45,497 nucleotides of DNA from an uncultured Clostridia bacterium (GTDB lineage Bacteria; Acidobacteriota; Blastocatellia; UBA7656), in assembly GCA_964581275.1 (NCBI GenBank), contig CAZOOE010000003.1, positions 1 through 45,497 on the forward strand, given 5' to 3'. This document shows positions 35,985 to 45,497 of the stretch, in pieces. How positions within the stretch are numbered: position 1 is the stretch's first letter; every line of letters begins with the position of its first letter. The notes beneath the pieces were generated by a model. It had not been told where the DNA came from and did not search any database. It was given only the letters and a program-made list of their open reading frames with translations. The position numbers and the translations under genes are program-made.

Positions 35985-36905
35985 TCAAGAGTCAATCGTG
36001 CCCATCCTGCCCAGCCGGTAATCGTCGATCGCCTGTCGGATTTCCGACTGCGTGTTCATCACAAACGGTCCATAGCGCGCGATTGGTTCATCTAACGGCA
36101 CTCCCGCGATTAACAACACTTCAAGCACGGTATTCGCGTTCTCAGGATTCTCGATGGTCACCTCATCGCCGTCTTGCCCAAACAAAACCATCTGTCCGTC
36201 CATCGCTTGTTCACCTTCGATACCGAAAGCGCCGGCTCCGTCAATGATGTAGGCGAAGGTGTTGTACTCCCGCGGAACCGGCTGCGACACGCGGCCGCCC
36301 GGCTGAAGCGTGAAGTGCAGGTACACGATCGGAGTCACCGTCTCGATCACAGCTCGAGCACCGAGCGCCTCGCCCGCGATCACTCGCACCGTAACGAGTC
36401 CATCCTTAGTAAGTGCTGTGGGGATTCTTGCCGACGGTATCTCCTGATAACGCGGCCGCATCATCTTATTTTGGCGCGGCAGGTTCACCCATAGTTGGAA
36501 GCCGTGCAGTGTGCCGCCTTCTCGCTGGAACTCTGCTGAAGGCATCTCCGAATGGATGACGCCCGCGCCGGCGGTCATCCACTGTACGTCGCCAGCGTTC
36601 AACTTTCCCGAATGCCCTTGCGAATCCTTATGCTCCATTTCACCGGACATCAAATAGGTCACCGTCTCAAATCCGCGATGCGGGTGATCCGGCGCGCCCT
36701 TCGCGTTGCCCGGAGCGACGGTCATCGGTCCCATTTCATCGAGAAGCAGGAATGGATCGAACTCCGAGAATGTCGGCTTCGGGAACGGTCGGCGCACGAG
36801 AAAGCCCGCGCCCTCCAGCGTCTCGATACTGTTGACGATTCCCGCTACCGTGCGTGCCCGTTTGTTGTTTGACTCTGACCCTTCGACTAGTTTAGTCGCT
36901 TCCAC
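35985..36905 (-). CDS. Pirin-family protein
   Basis: DPFLLLD, HPHRGFETVTY, QWMTAGAGVIHSE, FQLWVNLP, YGPFVMN. Confidence 0.95.
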   Translation of the reverse strand: MEATKLVEGSESNNKRARTVAGIVNSIETLEGAGFLVRRPFPKPTFSEFDPFLLLDEMGPMTVAPGNAKGAPDHPHRGFETVTYLMSGEMEHKDSQGHSGKLNAGDVQWMTAGAGVIHSEMPSAEFQREGGTLHGFQLWVNLPRQNKMMRPRYQEIPSARIPTALTKDGLVTVRVIAGEALGARAVIETVTPIVYLHFTLQPGGRVSQPVPREYNTFAYIIDGAGAFGIEGEQAMDGQMVLFGQDGDEVTIENPENANTVLEVLLIAGVPLDEPIARYGPFVMNTQSEIRQAIDDYRLGRMGTIDS

Positions 36906-36933
36906 TTGTTCGTCCTCCTTCTAATCTTTCATC

Positions 36934-37401
36934 TTATTCCAACCCGGTTATCGGCCTTTCGTTGCCGGCAGCCTTAGGCAAACGCAAGAAACGTCGGACG
37001 GCGAAGCGCCCCGGGCCGGCGATTACGATGGGCAGCAGCGCTCCAATAGCCAGCAGGTGATACTCGAATCCCTCTCCGGGCTGGTTGCCGGCCCAGTTCA
37101 TAAAGAAACCGAATTGTGCGTGAACCGTGGTGATGGCTCCAAGCATGATGATAATGATTGACGCCGCCGAGAAGCGCGAAAGAAACCCAAGGATGAGCCC
37201 CAGCCCGCCAAAGAACTCGCCTAGGGTAACCAGATACCCTAAAGGACCCATCATCTGGACGATTGCCGAAAGTCCAGGCCCGCCGAATGCGCCGAGTTTC
37301 TGTGCGCCGTGAGCCATGAAGATCACGCCGGCAAAAACCCGGGTGATCAGCAGCGCCCAATCAACAACAGAACGATCGCGAATTGTACTGTCAGTTTCCA
37401 T
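36934..37401 (-). CDS. DoxX-family membrane protein (CatD/MhqP-like)
   Basis: R...G.IFMAHGAQKL; EFFGGLGLILG..SR; GEGFEYHLL; GPGRF. Confidence 0.92.
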   Translation of the reverse strand: METDSTIRDRSVVDWALLITRVFAGVIFMAHGAQKLGAFGGPGLSAIVQMMGPLGYLVTLGEFFGGLGLILGFLSRFSAASIIIIMLGAITTVHAQFGFFMNWAGNQPGEGFEYHLLAIGALLPIVIAGPGRFAVRRFLRLPKAAGNERPITGLE

Positions 37402-37442
37402 AACATTCCCTCCTATTCCGACTTGGTTGCACCGTCACGACT

Positions 37443-37925
37443 TTACGAGGCGCCCTCACTCTTTTCTGATGCGCCTGCCGCCTCATACCCGATCTTTTTC
37501 AAAAGTCGGATGAGCGTCTTGCGCTCCGCCCTGGTTAGGGAGGCCTCCGCGAGTCCTTCCATGTCGGCGGCGTGATCGGCGTAGACGCGTGTGATTACCT
37601 TTCTTCCTTCTTTCGTCAAATGAACTATCCTCGCCCTCCGGTCGGTGCCGTGCGCGCGCCGCTCCACCAACCCTCTCGTCGCCAGGCGGTCAACGGCAAC
37701 CGTAATTGAGCCGCTCGTCAGCAAAACTTTTTTCCCGATCTCATTAACAGGTAGCGGGCCCTTGTGCAGTAGGGCTTCGAGCACAGCAAAGTCGCTGCCA
37801 CAGAACTCCAACTCCGATATGCTCTTTTCGGCATAGGCCTCAACCGCCCGCGCTGCCTTCCACAGCACCAGAAAAACGTGAACCCCGCTGCCCCCGCTCA
37901 ATGATTCAAGATTCTCTACGCTCAT
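37443..37925 (-). CDS. MarR-family regulator, MhqR-like
   Basis: DFAVLEALLHKGPLPVNEIGKKVLLTSGSITVAVDRL...DRRARIVHLT.EG. Confidence 0.92.
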   Translation of the reverse strand: MSVENLESLSGGSGVHVFLVLWKAARAVEAYAEKSISELEFCGSDFAVLEALLHKGPLPVNEIGKKVLLTSGSITVAVDRLATRGLVERRAHGTDRRARIVHLTKEGRKVITRVYADHAADMEGLAEASLTRAERKTLIRLLKKIGYEAAGASEKSEGAS

Positions 37926-37948
37926 CTCTATAACCGCCCAAAAAAATC

Positions 37949-37989
37949 TATCTTGAAATCAAGATACTTTAGTTCAAGATTATTGTCAA
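37949..37989 (-). promoter_or_regulatory. sigma70 promoter with overlapping MarR operator(s)
   Basis: TTGACA-N17-TATCTT on the minus strand. A perfect palindrome TATCTTGA-AA-TCAAGATA (37949-37966) covers the -10, and an imperfect second copy extends to 37980. Confidence 0.8.
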
Positions 37990-38138
37990 GGGGGAGGAAA
38001 AGAGCCAGATGCGTCGTCTTGCCCGGCAGAGTGATGCGATAGATGGGTTGCGCGACGCAGCTTCGCGAAGAATGGGGGCGGATTTGCCTTGAGCGGAGGG
38101 CGGTGACTTAAACTGTAGTTCCGCAGCGTGAGAACATG

Positions 38139-40397
38139 TCAAGCGATTAGATTTTCAATCCTAACCGGCAGTTCGCGTACATAAACGCCCGTTGCATGAT
38201 GTACCGCGGAGGTGATCGCAGCGGCAACGCCGGCCAGGCCGATCTCACCTATTCCTCGCGCACCGAGCTGGTTGATCTCCTTGTCTGGGTAGGCGAGGAA
38301 GATCACGTCGATGGGCGGTGCGTCCGCATTTACAGTCACCATATAATCGGCGAGATTGCTGTTGATGGGTGCGCCGTTCTGCGGATCGTAAGTCGTTTCT
38401 TCGAATAGCGCCATGCCGATGCCCATGACCACGCCGCCCTGGATCTGGTTCCGGCCGGCAAGCGGGTTCAAAATCCGGCCTGCATCCATCACCGTGACGA
38501 CGCGGCTGACGCGAAGTCGCGCGATCTCCGGTTGCCATGTCACTTCGACAAAGTGGCAGCCGAATGAGTGAGTAGAGAACCTTTGCCCAGGAGCAAGAAA
38601 CGTCTGCTCACCCTTGCCAGCCCCTGAGACCAGCCTGACATTGGCGCGGCGGAGCACATCAGAGAACGGAACGCCGTTGGCGGGACCTTCGGCCTTCGCG
38701 AAAACACGTCCACCTTGAAGCGCTAGGTCGTCGGGTTTGTGTCCGACGAAAGGTGACCCTGGAGTCGTGACGGCAATGATCAGCAGCGATGCGATCGCCT
38801 GGTCGGCTGCTGCGAATAGGGGAGGGATCAATGACTCGGTTGCCATCGAGGCGCCAGAGATGGGACCGTCTGGCAGCGAGGTATCCCCCAGTACGACGTC
38901 AACCTTGTCGAGCGGAACGCCTGTCTTCTCCGCCGCAAGCTGCGCCATGATCGTATAGGTGCCCGTACCGATGTCCTGCGTGGCCGAGGCGACCCGAACG
39001 GTGCCGTCATCTCGCAGTTGAACGTTGCCTTCAGCTGCGAACCGCGCAGCCGGCCAGGCGGCTCCGGCCACTCCCCATCCCAGCGCCAAACCATCGCGTT
39101 TCATCGAACCGATTGCCGGGTTGCGCTTCGACCAACCGAACTTCTCCGCGCCCACATTCAGGCACTCAACGTAGTGGCGCGATGAAAAAGGGAGGCCATT
39201 CGACTCGTCGATCTTCGGCTCGTTCAGGATGCGGAACTGGACGGGATCGATCTTGAGCCGGTCCGCCATCTCGTTCATTGCTGATTCCGTCGCATAGAGT
39301 CCGGGCACCGCGCCGGGACCGCGCATGTCAGCCGTCGCGCCGATGTTCCGCCTCGCACGTCCAAAACTAACGCGAAGGTTCGGCACGCTGTAATGGAATG
39401 GCGTAGGCTCGCCACAGTCTTCGTGGTAATCGTCAAGCATCGACATGTGATACACGTAGTCGTGCATGAGCGAGACTAGCTTGCCATCTCGGGTTGCGCC
39501 CAAACGCGTACGCTGCTGAGTGCGCGCCCGATGCCCGACCGCCTGAAACATCATTTTGCGGCTGACGACTAGCTTAACCGGTTTGCCGAGCTGCCGGGCC
39601 GCTGCCACAGTAAGCGGCACATGCGTCCAGGGATAGAGTTTGCCGCCGAACCCCGAGCCCAAAAACTTCGAAATGACGCGCACGTTCTCCTTGGGCAAAC
39701 CGAACATCTGCGCCAACACGCTGCGCGCGTTAACCACGCCCTGGGTAGAGTCATACACCGTCAGCATCTCTCCATCCCACATCGCGGTCGTCGCATGCAG
39801 TTCGATTGGATTGTGGGTTTCGACCGGCGTGACGTAAGTCTCGTCGAGTTTGACCGCCGCACCGGCAAAGGCGCCTTCGGGATCGCCGCGTTTGCTCTGC
39901 ACTCTCTCCACCGGTCCGTACGTCGTGAGCACCACGGGCGGATCGTTGGCCGCCTCGAGGTGTGCTTCGACATTCGGCCTTTCTTTCGTGTAAGTGGCGC
40001 GCACCGCATCAGCAGCAGCTTTGGCAGCTTCGAACGTGTCGGCTACCGCGAGAGCGATGTACTGGCCGTAATAGCGGATCACGTCGTCTTCAAACGGAGG
40101 CCGGCGCTCTTCGCAGACGCGATCGAATCCCGGAGCGGGAGTAGAGCGAAAGATCTTGCCGATGTTATCGCGATGAAGCACCGCACGTACACTCGGCATC
40201 TTCTCAGCCGCCGCACTCTCCAGCGTGAGCAATTTGCCGTTCGCGATCGTCGCTTCAACTGGAACGGCATAAAGCATTCCTGGAAAATTGAAGTCGGATG
40301 TGTATTTCGCCAACCCGGTGACTTTGCGTGGACCGTCGGTACGCGGTGTGTCGCGTCCGATCGGAGAAGTTGCCGGGGATTGCCGTGTTATCGCCAT
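38139..40397 (-). CDS. paoC: Aldehyde oxidoreductase molybdenum-binding subunit (PaoC/YagR-like)
   Basis: R.DG.RKVTG.AKY; HNPIELHAT; LGSGFGGK; MRGPG; DIGTGTYT; GARGIGEIG. Confidence 0.88.
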   Translation of the reverse strand: MAITRQSPATSPIGRDTPRTDGPRKVTGLAKYTSDFNFPGMLYAVPVEATIANGKLLTLESAAAEKMPSVRAVLHRDNIGKIFRSTPAPGFDRVCEERRPPFEDDVIRYYGQYIALAVADTFEAAKAAADAVRATYTKERPNVEAHLEAANDPPVVLTTYGPVERVQSKRGDPEGAFAGAAVKLDETYVTPVETHNPIELHATTAMWDGEMLTVYDSTQGVVNARSVLAQMFGLPKENVRVISKFLGSGFGGKLYPWTHVPLTVAAARQLGKPVKLVVSRKMMFQAVGHRARTQQRTRLGATRDGKLVSLMHDYVYHMSMLDDYHEDCGEPTPFHYSVPNLRVSFGRARRNIGATADMRGPGAVPGLYATESAMNEMADRLKIDPVQFRILNEPKIDESNGLPFSSRHYVECLNVGAEKFGWSKRNPAIGSMKRDGLALGWGVAGAAWPAARFAAEGNVQLRDDGTVRVASATQDIGTGTYTIMAQLAAEKTGVPLDKVDVVLGDTSLPDGPISGASMATESLIPPLFAAADQAIASLLIIAVTTPGSPFVGHKPDDLALQGGRVFAKAEGPANGVPFSDVLRRANVRLVSGAGKGEQTFLAPGQRFSTHSFGCHFVEVTWQPEIARLRVSRVVTVMDAGRILNPLAGRNQIQGGVVMGIGMALFEETTYDPQNGAPINSNLADYMVTVNADAPPIDVIFLAYPDKEINQLGARGIGEIGLAGVAAAITSAVHHATGVYVRELPVRIENLIA

Positions 40398-40417
40398 GGT
40401 CGCTCCTGTCCTGAGAC

Positions 40418-41419
40418 TCAGCTTGCTGCCGCAGTTCGTAAAGCATGTGTGAGACAGCGCTTGGCCAATTCAATCTTGAACTTGTTTTCGCTTTGCGGCC
40501 TTGCATTGCGCAGGGCAGCCTCGGCTGTTTGGCGGAAGCTTGCGTCGTTCGCTGGCTTGCCCGCAAGCGCAGCTTCAGCCTCTGGCGAGCGCCACGGTTT
40601 TGTTCCGACGCCGCCAAGTGCAATGCGGGCGCGCGTGATCTTGCCGCCCGAATTCGTTAGCACCACCGCCGCTGAGACAAGAGCAAATTCGTATGACGCG
40701 CGATCGCGCAATTTCAGGTAAACCTGTTTGCTTCCTATGATCGGCGGCGGTAGCGTGACGTGAGTGATCAGATCACCCGGCTCCAGCACGGTTTCGTTGT
40801 GCGGTGTGTTGCCGGGCAGAAGGTGGAAGTCGCCGAACGCGACCGCGCGTGAACCCGTCGGCCCCTGAATGTGAATGGTCGCCTCCAACGCCGCTAAGGC
40901 CACGCACATGTCTGAAGGATTCGTCGCAATGCAATGCTCGCTCGCACCCAAAATAGCAAGCGTGCGATTGTGACCGGTGATCGCTGGACACCCACTGCCA
41001 GGCTCGCGCTTGTTGCAGGCGAGCGCGGTGTCGCGGAAGTAAACGCAGCGTGTGCGCTGCAAAAGGTTTCCGCCGACCGTAGCCATGTTGCGGATCTGGG
41101 CCGATGCGCCTTGCAGGATGGCCTGCGAGAGCACGGAGTAATCGCGCTGCACCTTGGGGTGATTCGCCAGATCCGAGTTGCGAGCCGTGGCGCCGATCCT
41201 GAGGCCGCCATCCCGCGTCTCCTCGATCTTGTCGAGCGGCAGGCGATTGATATCGAGCACGCGGTCGGGCGTCTCAACGTTCAACTTCATAAGATCGATG
41301 AGCGTGGTACCGCCTCCCATAAAACGAACGTCCGCGCCCTGCTGCGCGGTTTTTGATTTTGCGGCGGTTGCGATCGCCGCGGCCTGATCTGCCGGGCGGA
41401 TGAACGCGAAAATGTGCAT
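40418..41419 (-). CDS. paoB: FAD-binding subunit (PaoB/YagS-like) with 4Fe-4S Cys motif
   Basis: GGGTTLIDLMK; ASAQIRNMATVGGNLLQRTRC.YFRD...CNKR.PGSGC...HCIA; KLRDRASYEFALVS. Confidence 0.9.
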   Translation of the reverse strand: MHIFAFIRPADQAAAIATAAKSKTAQQGADVRFMGGGTTLIDLMKLNVETPDRVLDINRLPLDKIEETRDGGLRIGATARNSDLANHPKVQRDYSVLSQAILQGASAQIRNMATVGGNLLQRTRCVYFRDTALACNKREPGSGCPAITGHNRTLAILGASEHCIATNPSDMCVALAALEATIHIQGPTGSRAVAFGDFHLLPGNTPHNETVLEPGDLITHVTLPPPIIGSKQVYLKLRDRASYEFALVSAAVVLTNSGGKITRARIALGGVGTKPWRSPEAEAALAGKPANDASFRQTAEAALRNARPQSENKFKIELAKRCLTHALRTAAAS

Positions 41420-41431
41420 CGAGAGACTCCT

Positions 41432-42070
41432 TTAAGTTCGCTTACGGACCTGCTGAATCGCGGCGACAATGTTGGCGTAGGCGCCGCAGCGGCAGATGTT
41501 GCCGCTCATCAACTCCTTCACTGCTGCGTCGTCAGGACCGCACGGCTCTATGAGCAAGGCCACGGCCGACATGATCTGGCCTGACGTGCAATAGCCGCAT
41601 TGATAAGCGTCATACGCCAGGAATGACGCCTGCATCGGATGCATTGCTTCCGGCGTGCCCAATCCTTCGACGGTCGTGATCTCTTCGCCATCGTGCATCA
41701 ATGCGAGGTTGAGGCACGAAAGCACGCGCCTGCCGTTCACATGCACAGTGCACGCGCCACACTGTCCGTGATCACAACCTTTCTTGGTTCCGGTAAGTGC
41801 CACAGTTTCGCGGATGCAATCCAACAGCGTGGTCCGCGGATCGATTTGTAGTTTGTGATCTTTGCCGTTGATGTGCAGCGTGATCGGCACCGCGCCCTCG
41901 ATGTTCGGCAGAGCACCGGCGGAACGCGAATCGCTCTCTCCCGCAGCGCTGTTCGCGATCGCCGGTACGTACGACGCAACCAAGCTTGCTGCCACACCAC
42001 TTCCGGTAGTTACAAGAAACCTACGCCGGGTGGGATCTGACGGACACGATTGGGGATCGTCGTCTGACAT
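41432..42070 (-). CDS. paoA: 2x[2Fe-2S] subunit with Tat signal (PaoA/YagT-like)
   Basis: TRRRFL; GTKKGCDHGQCGACTV; QCGYCTSGQ; GNICRCGAY. Confidence 0.9.
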   Translation of the reverse strand: MSDDDPQSCPSDPTRRRFLVTTGSGVAASLVASYVPAIANSAAGESDSRSAGALPNIEGAVPITLHINGKDHKLQIDPRTTLLDCIRETVALTGTKKGCDHGQCGACTVHVNGRRVLSCLNLALMHDGEEITTVEGLGTPEAMHPMQASFLAYDAYQCGYCTSGQIMSAVALLIEPCGPDDAAVKELMSGNICRCGAYANIVAAIQQVRKRT

Positions 42071-42257
42071 AGGCCCTCCGTTCGAGTAAAACTGTCTGTC
42101 GAATTTTCAGCTACTTCATCAGTTAGTATTTCCAAAGTTGCGCTTCGGCGTGCCTTTTCCTTCGAGCCGCAGTTTGTCGGCTTTCTATTCGATGCTCGCG
42201 AACGATTTGTCAAATCCCGCGACGACCTCGTGCGTCTTGTACGGCACGATAAGCCGT

Positions 42258-42884
42258 CTATGAAGCGCCGGCGGAGGCCGCCCGCTCTTTCGCTTCCACC
42301 AAAGGCACGTCAACCAGGTGCTCGCTCAGAAACCAGATCTGCAATTCGTTGGTGCGAATCACATCACTGACGACCAGGTCATTAGTGCCGTCGTCACCCA
42401 GTTCGGCAGCGCGTCGGGCCAATGGCCGGGATTGTTGAATGATGATTTGATGAGCATCGATCAACCTCGAGAGCTGAACCGGTACCTCTTCTCGGCCACG
42501 AGGCGGACGCTCGATTTGAGTGGTCTCAGCCACATCCGCTGCCATGGCAAGGCTGATGCCTCCCAGCATTTGAATCCGCTCGGCAATTGAATCGACCAGC
42601 TCATTCTGTTCACCGTAGTGCTTATCGAAGAGCAGGTGAAGTTGGTAAAACGTTGGCCCGGCAACCTGCCAATGACACTTCTTGTAGAGGTCGCGCAGCG
42701 TCATCGTGTCTGCGAGCAGTTGGTTTAGTTGATTGGTAATCTGCACCCGCACTGGTTCTTCCAGTTCGAGTGGCAGTGCGTAGCGGACGGTTCCATACGA
42801 TTGGGTTTCGCGCGCGCGCTGATGAAGGCGTGGTTGCGGGCTCACATTCCGGTTAGATTTCGACTCGTTCTGTTTCTTTGCCAT
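42258..42884 (-). CDS. dps: Dps (DNA protection during starvation) ferritin-like protein
   Basis: KKCHWQVAGPTFYQLHLLFD...VDSIAERIQMLGG; GDDGTNDL; WFL. Confidence 0.92.
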   Translation of the reverse strand: MAKKQNESKSNRNVSPQPRLHQRARETQSYGTVRYALPLELEEPVRVQITNQLNQLLADTMTLRDLYKKCHWQVAGPTFYQLHLLFDKHYGEQNELVDSIAERIQMLGGISLAMAADVAETTQIERPPRGREEVPVQLSRLIDAHQIIIQQSRPLARRAAELGDDGTNDLVVSDVIRTNELQIWFLSEHLVDVPLVEAKERAASAGAS

Positions 42885-42935
42885 TGTTCACTCCTCCTTT
42901 TCGCGGTCGTTCGATTTGTCATTACGAGAGCAGCT

Positions 42936-43895
42936 TCACAAGCCCGCATAAACAAGACGCGTGAAGAACGCCGGATTGATGACGAAGTTACCCCACTTGG
43001 CATCGTAAGCGGCGGTAGGTTTGGCAGCAATAGCTTCGTCGAGAGACTTTCCCTGTTTCTTCAGGCGCGACACATTATCTCGAATCGTCGAGAGCATGTC
43101 GCGGAAAGCAGCAAGCTGCGCCTTGTTCCCCACGGGGCCGTGACCAGGAACAATGATCGTTTTGTCATTAGCATGGGTCAGCGAAGCATTCACCCATCGG
43201 ATCATCCCATCGATTCCACCGCCAACGCCGTTATCGATAAACGGATAGATACCGTTCCAAAAAATATCTCCCAAAACGAGAACGTCCGCCTTTGGAAAGT
43301 AAACGGAGACATCACCATCAGTGTGGCCGGGTCCAAAATTTTTCATTAGGACCGTTTCACCGTCAAACTCAAGCGTCTTTTCCGTTTTGAAAGTTACTGT
43401 CGGACGCCCACCCATCGGCCAAGGTTGAAACGTATAGTTCCAATCTTCAACTCGAGTGGTTACAGAGAGATGTTTAAGTGTGTTCTCCTGAGCGATAATA
43501 ATCGCACCTTGGTTGTGAATCCATTCGTTGCCGTCGGTATGGTCCCAATGCCAGTGCGTATTGATGACGTACTTGATCGGTTCTGCGCTAATTTTGTCGA
43601 GCGCCGCCTGAATCTTGTCTTTCGAAACGGCGATGCCGTCGTCAACGACTAGCTTTCCGTCTGGACCATCGAGCACAACGATATTTCCCCCGGAGCCAAA
43701 CAGCACGCTCAGGTTCCCTCGCAGTCGCTCAACGGTGACATCCGATTTGGTGGCGGCCTCGTTTATCTTGATGACCGGACTCGTCGCCTGAGCAGATACG
43801 CGGACCGTGGAAATAGTGGTTATGATGACCACGAGACCAAACGTGAAAGTAAGAAAGGCTATTGACTTTGCTGCCCGCTCTTTCTGCTTGGACAT
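42936..43895 (-). CDS. Secreted MBL-fold metallo-hydrolase (cyclase-like)
   Basis: Signal peptide; NTHWHWDHTDGN; GHTDGD; LGD; VPGHG. Confidence 0.92.
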   Translation of the reverse strand: MSKQKERAAKSIAFLTFTFGLVVIITTISTVRVSAQATSPVIKINEAATKSDVTVERLRGNLSVLFGSGGNIVVLDGPDGKLVVDDGIAVSKDKIQAALDKISAEPIKYVINTHWHWDHTDGNEWIHNQGAIIIAQENTLKHLSVTTRVEDWNYTFQPWPMGGRPTVTFKTEKTLEFDGETVLMKNFGPGHTDGDVSVYFPKADVLVLGDIFWNGIYPFIDNGVGGGIDGMIRWVNASLTHANDKTIIVPGHGPVGNKAQLAAFRDMLSTIRDNVSRLKKQGKSLDEAIAAKPTAAYDAKWGNFVINPAFFTRLVYAGL

Positions 43896-44011
43896 TATCA
43901 GGATGGCCTCCCTTCAAGTAGATCAATGAAGAAGCATTTAACCAGGACACCGGCGTCCAGTAGTGCGTTGTTCCATCACCAGCCACCGGTGTCTCCAGTC
44001 ACGGGCGGATC

Positions 44012-44851
44012 TTACGCCGCCGCAGTTTGTTCCCCCTTAAAGAAAGCAAGCAGCTCTGCGTTCACTCTGTCCTTTAAGGTCGTGCACATACCGTGCGGGG
44101 CGCCTTCGTAGACCACGAGCTTGGCGTTCTTAATGATCTTTGATGACAACAACGCGGAATCTGCGATCGGGACGATCTGATCATCGTCACCGTGCAGCAC
44201 CAGCGTAGGCACATCGATCTTTTTCAGGTCCTCGGTAAGATCAGTCTCTGAGAACGCCTCGATGCAATAGTAAGCTCCGGGGAATCCGCACATCATGCTT
44301 TGTAGCCAGAACGATTCGCGCACGCCTTCTGAGATCTTGGCACCCGGACGGTTGTAGCCGTAGAAAGGAAGGCTCAAGTCTTTCCAGAACTGCGAACGAT
44401 CGGCCTGGACGGCGGCGCGGAGTTTGTCGAATTCCTCGATCGGCGTGCCGCCGGGATTCTTGTCCGACTTCAGCATCACCGGCGGAATCGCGCCGATCAG
44501 CACCGCTTTGGCAACGCGTCCCGTTCCGTGACGGCCGATGTAACGGGTGACTTCACCACCTCCAGTCGAGTGGCCCACGTGAATCGCGTTTTTCAAATCG
44601 AGAGCTGCTGTCAGCTCGGCGAGATCATCGGCATAAGTGTCGAGATCGTTCCCATTCCATGGCTGATCCGATCTTCCGTGACCGCGGCGATCATGAGCAA
44701 TACAGCGATAGCCACGTTGCGCCAGGAAAAACATCTGGTCCTCGAATGCGTCCGCGCTCAAAGGCCAGCCGTGACTGAAAACCACCGGTTGGCCTTTGCC
44801 CCAGTCCTTGTAGTAGATCTGTGTTCCGTCTTTTGTCCTGATTGTGCTCAT
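44012..44851 (-). CDS. cpo: Non-haem chloroperoxidase/arylesterase-type alpha/beta hydrolase
   Basis: [17 protein letters not shown]; DRRGHGRS; GHSTGG; HGDDDQIVP; GAPHG. Confidence 0.88.
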   Translation of the reverse strand: MSTIRTKDGTQIYYKDWGKGQPVVFSHGWPLSADAFEDQMFFLAQRGYRCIAHDRRGHGRSDQPWNGNDLDTYADDLAELTAALDLKNAIHVGHSTGGGEVTRYIGRHGTGRVAKAVLIGAIPPVMLKSDKNPGGTPIEEFDKLRAAVQADRSQFWKDLSLPFYGYNRPGAKISEGVRESFWLQSMMCGFPGAYYCIEAFSETDLTEDLKKIDVPTLVLHGDDDQIVPIADSALLSSKIIKNAKLVVYEGAPHGMCTTLKDRVNAELLAFFKGEQTAAA

Positions 44852-44887
44852 TAGAAAAGTCCTCCTCAATCTGAATTTCCGAATTTA

Positions 44888-45298
44888 TCACATCCCGGCA
44901 TCCACATTCCGCGGATCGTCTTTCGAGTTCACGTATTCAAAGCCCAGCGGTCCAATGGCTGTGACCTGCGCGATGTATTCGCCGGACTTTGCCCAGTGAA
45001 AGTGAGACGTGTTACCGGGCAATACAATCACCGCGCCGGGTGGATACGCCTCCAGTTTGTCGCTGTCGAATTCCTCACCCACGCCGATGTAGAAGACGCC
45101 GGAAATTACTGTGTAAATGCGATCCTCAGAGTGCCGGTGCGGCATCAGTTTCACTCCGCCTGGCACTTTGACCCTGATCGTGAAGGGTCCAGGCTCCGAT
45201 GGCTGACCTGCAATCACAGCAAGACGCACTGAATTCGGGAGCGCAGCGAAAGGCTTCCAGTCAATGTTTTCCGGCAAATTTGTTTTTAGTTGATTCAA
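44888..45298 (-). CDS. Cupin-domain protein
   Basis: RVKVPGG.KLMPHRHSEDRIYTVISG...LPGNTSHFHWA. Confidence 0.85.
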   Translation of the reverse strand: MNQLKTNLPENIDWKPFAALPNSVRLAVIAGQPSEPGPFTIRVKVPGGVKLMPHRHSEDRIYTVISGVFYIGVGEEFDSDKLEAYPPGAVIVLPGNTSHFHWAKSGEYIAQVTAIGPLGFEYVNSKDDPRNVDAGM

Positions 45299-45347
45299 GG
45301 CTTCACCAATTGCTGGCTTGCGACAGTTTGTCCTCTTCCCAGCTCAC

Positions 45348-45497
45348 TCAGGCCGACCGCAGCGATTTGAAGGCCGCGCGCATTTCACCGACGAACAACT
45401 CTGTTTGTTCCCAGGCCGCGAAGTGGGTGCCTTTAGGAAACTTGTTGTAGTGGATGAGCTTCACATACGCTTTCTCTGCCCAGCTCTTCGGCGCTTG
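45348..45497 (-). CDS. Epoxide hydrolase-family protein, C-terminal end (start lies outside the window)
   Basis: Manual translation QAPKSWAEKAYVKLIHYNKFPKGTHFAAWEQTELFVGEMRAAFKSLRSA*; G.HFAAWEQ is the catalytic-His motif. Confidence 0.85.
   Translation of the reverse strand, partial: QAPKSWAEKAYVKLIHYNKFPKGTHFAAWEQTELFVGEMRAAFKSLRSA

Noticed and set aside
39621-40721. 366-aa plus-strand ORF
   Set aside because: It is antisense to paoC/paoB, Arg-rich and lacks motifs.
42135-42160. Possible sigma54 promoter before paoA (AGGCAC...GC)
   Set aside because: The GG-to-GC spacing is 9 or 11 rather than the required 10.
1-45497. CRISPR array, cas genes, rRNA, integrase
   Set aside because: I saw no regularly spaced repeats, no rRNA-like tracts and no Cas or tyrosine-recombinase motifs in the ORFs.

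Overview
A 45.5-kb accessory-type region from a GC-rich, diderm bacterium. The gene families (zinc-ribbon protein with an 'SVTEHTT' tail, 'TAFTYQG' secreted protein, S8-CBM48 protease) suggest Acidobacteriota, probably Blastocatellia; this is an inference. From left to right it holds an MFS transporter, an aquaporin fused to gluconolactonase debris, and an S8 protease with a glycogen-binding domain. Next come a displaced 3' half of tRNA-Lys(CTT), a likely att site and island boundary, and an ISKra4-like transposase remnant. A beta-propeller sensor kinase, NarL regulator and secreted tail-fibre-like protein follow, with a shared candidate regulator box in front of the last two genes. Then there is a transporter-less trio (SBP-vWA lipoprotein, paralogous SBP, divergent membrane coiled-coil protein), an S41 peptidase, and a TetR-controlled ABC-MFP-OMF exporter with visible operators. 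A sigma54/PAS-activator-driven operon encodes a STAS-like protein, dihaem cytochrome c, IorAB-type molybdo-enzyme and an AlgE-family porin. The right part has an SDR, an MhqR-like MarR-DoxX-pirin unit with its operator, PaoABC, Dps, an MBL hydrolase, a non-haem haloperoxidase-type hydrolase, a cupin and the end of an epoxide hydrolase. Many genes are internally deleted or chimeric relics. I saw no CRISPR array, rRNA or intact tRNA. All calls come from motif recognition by eye; no database searches were run.
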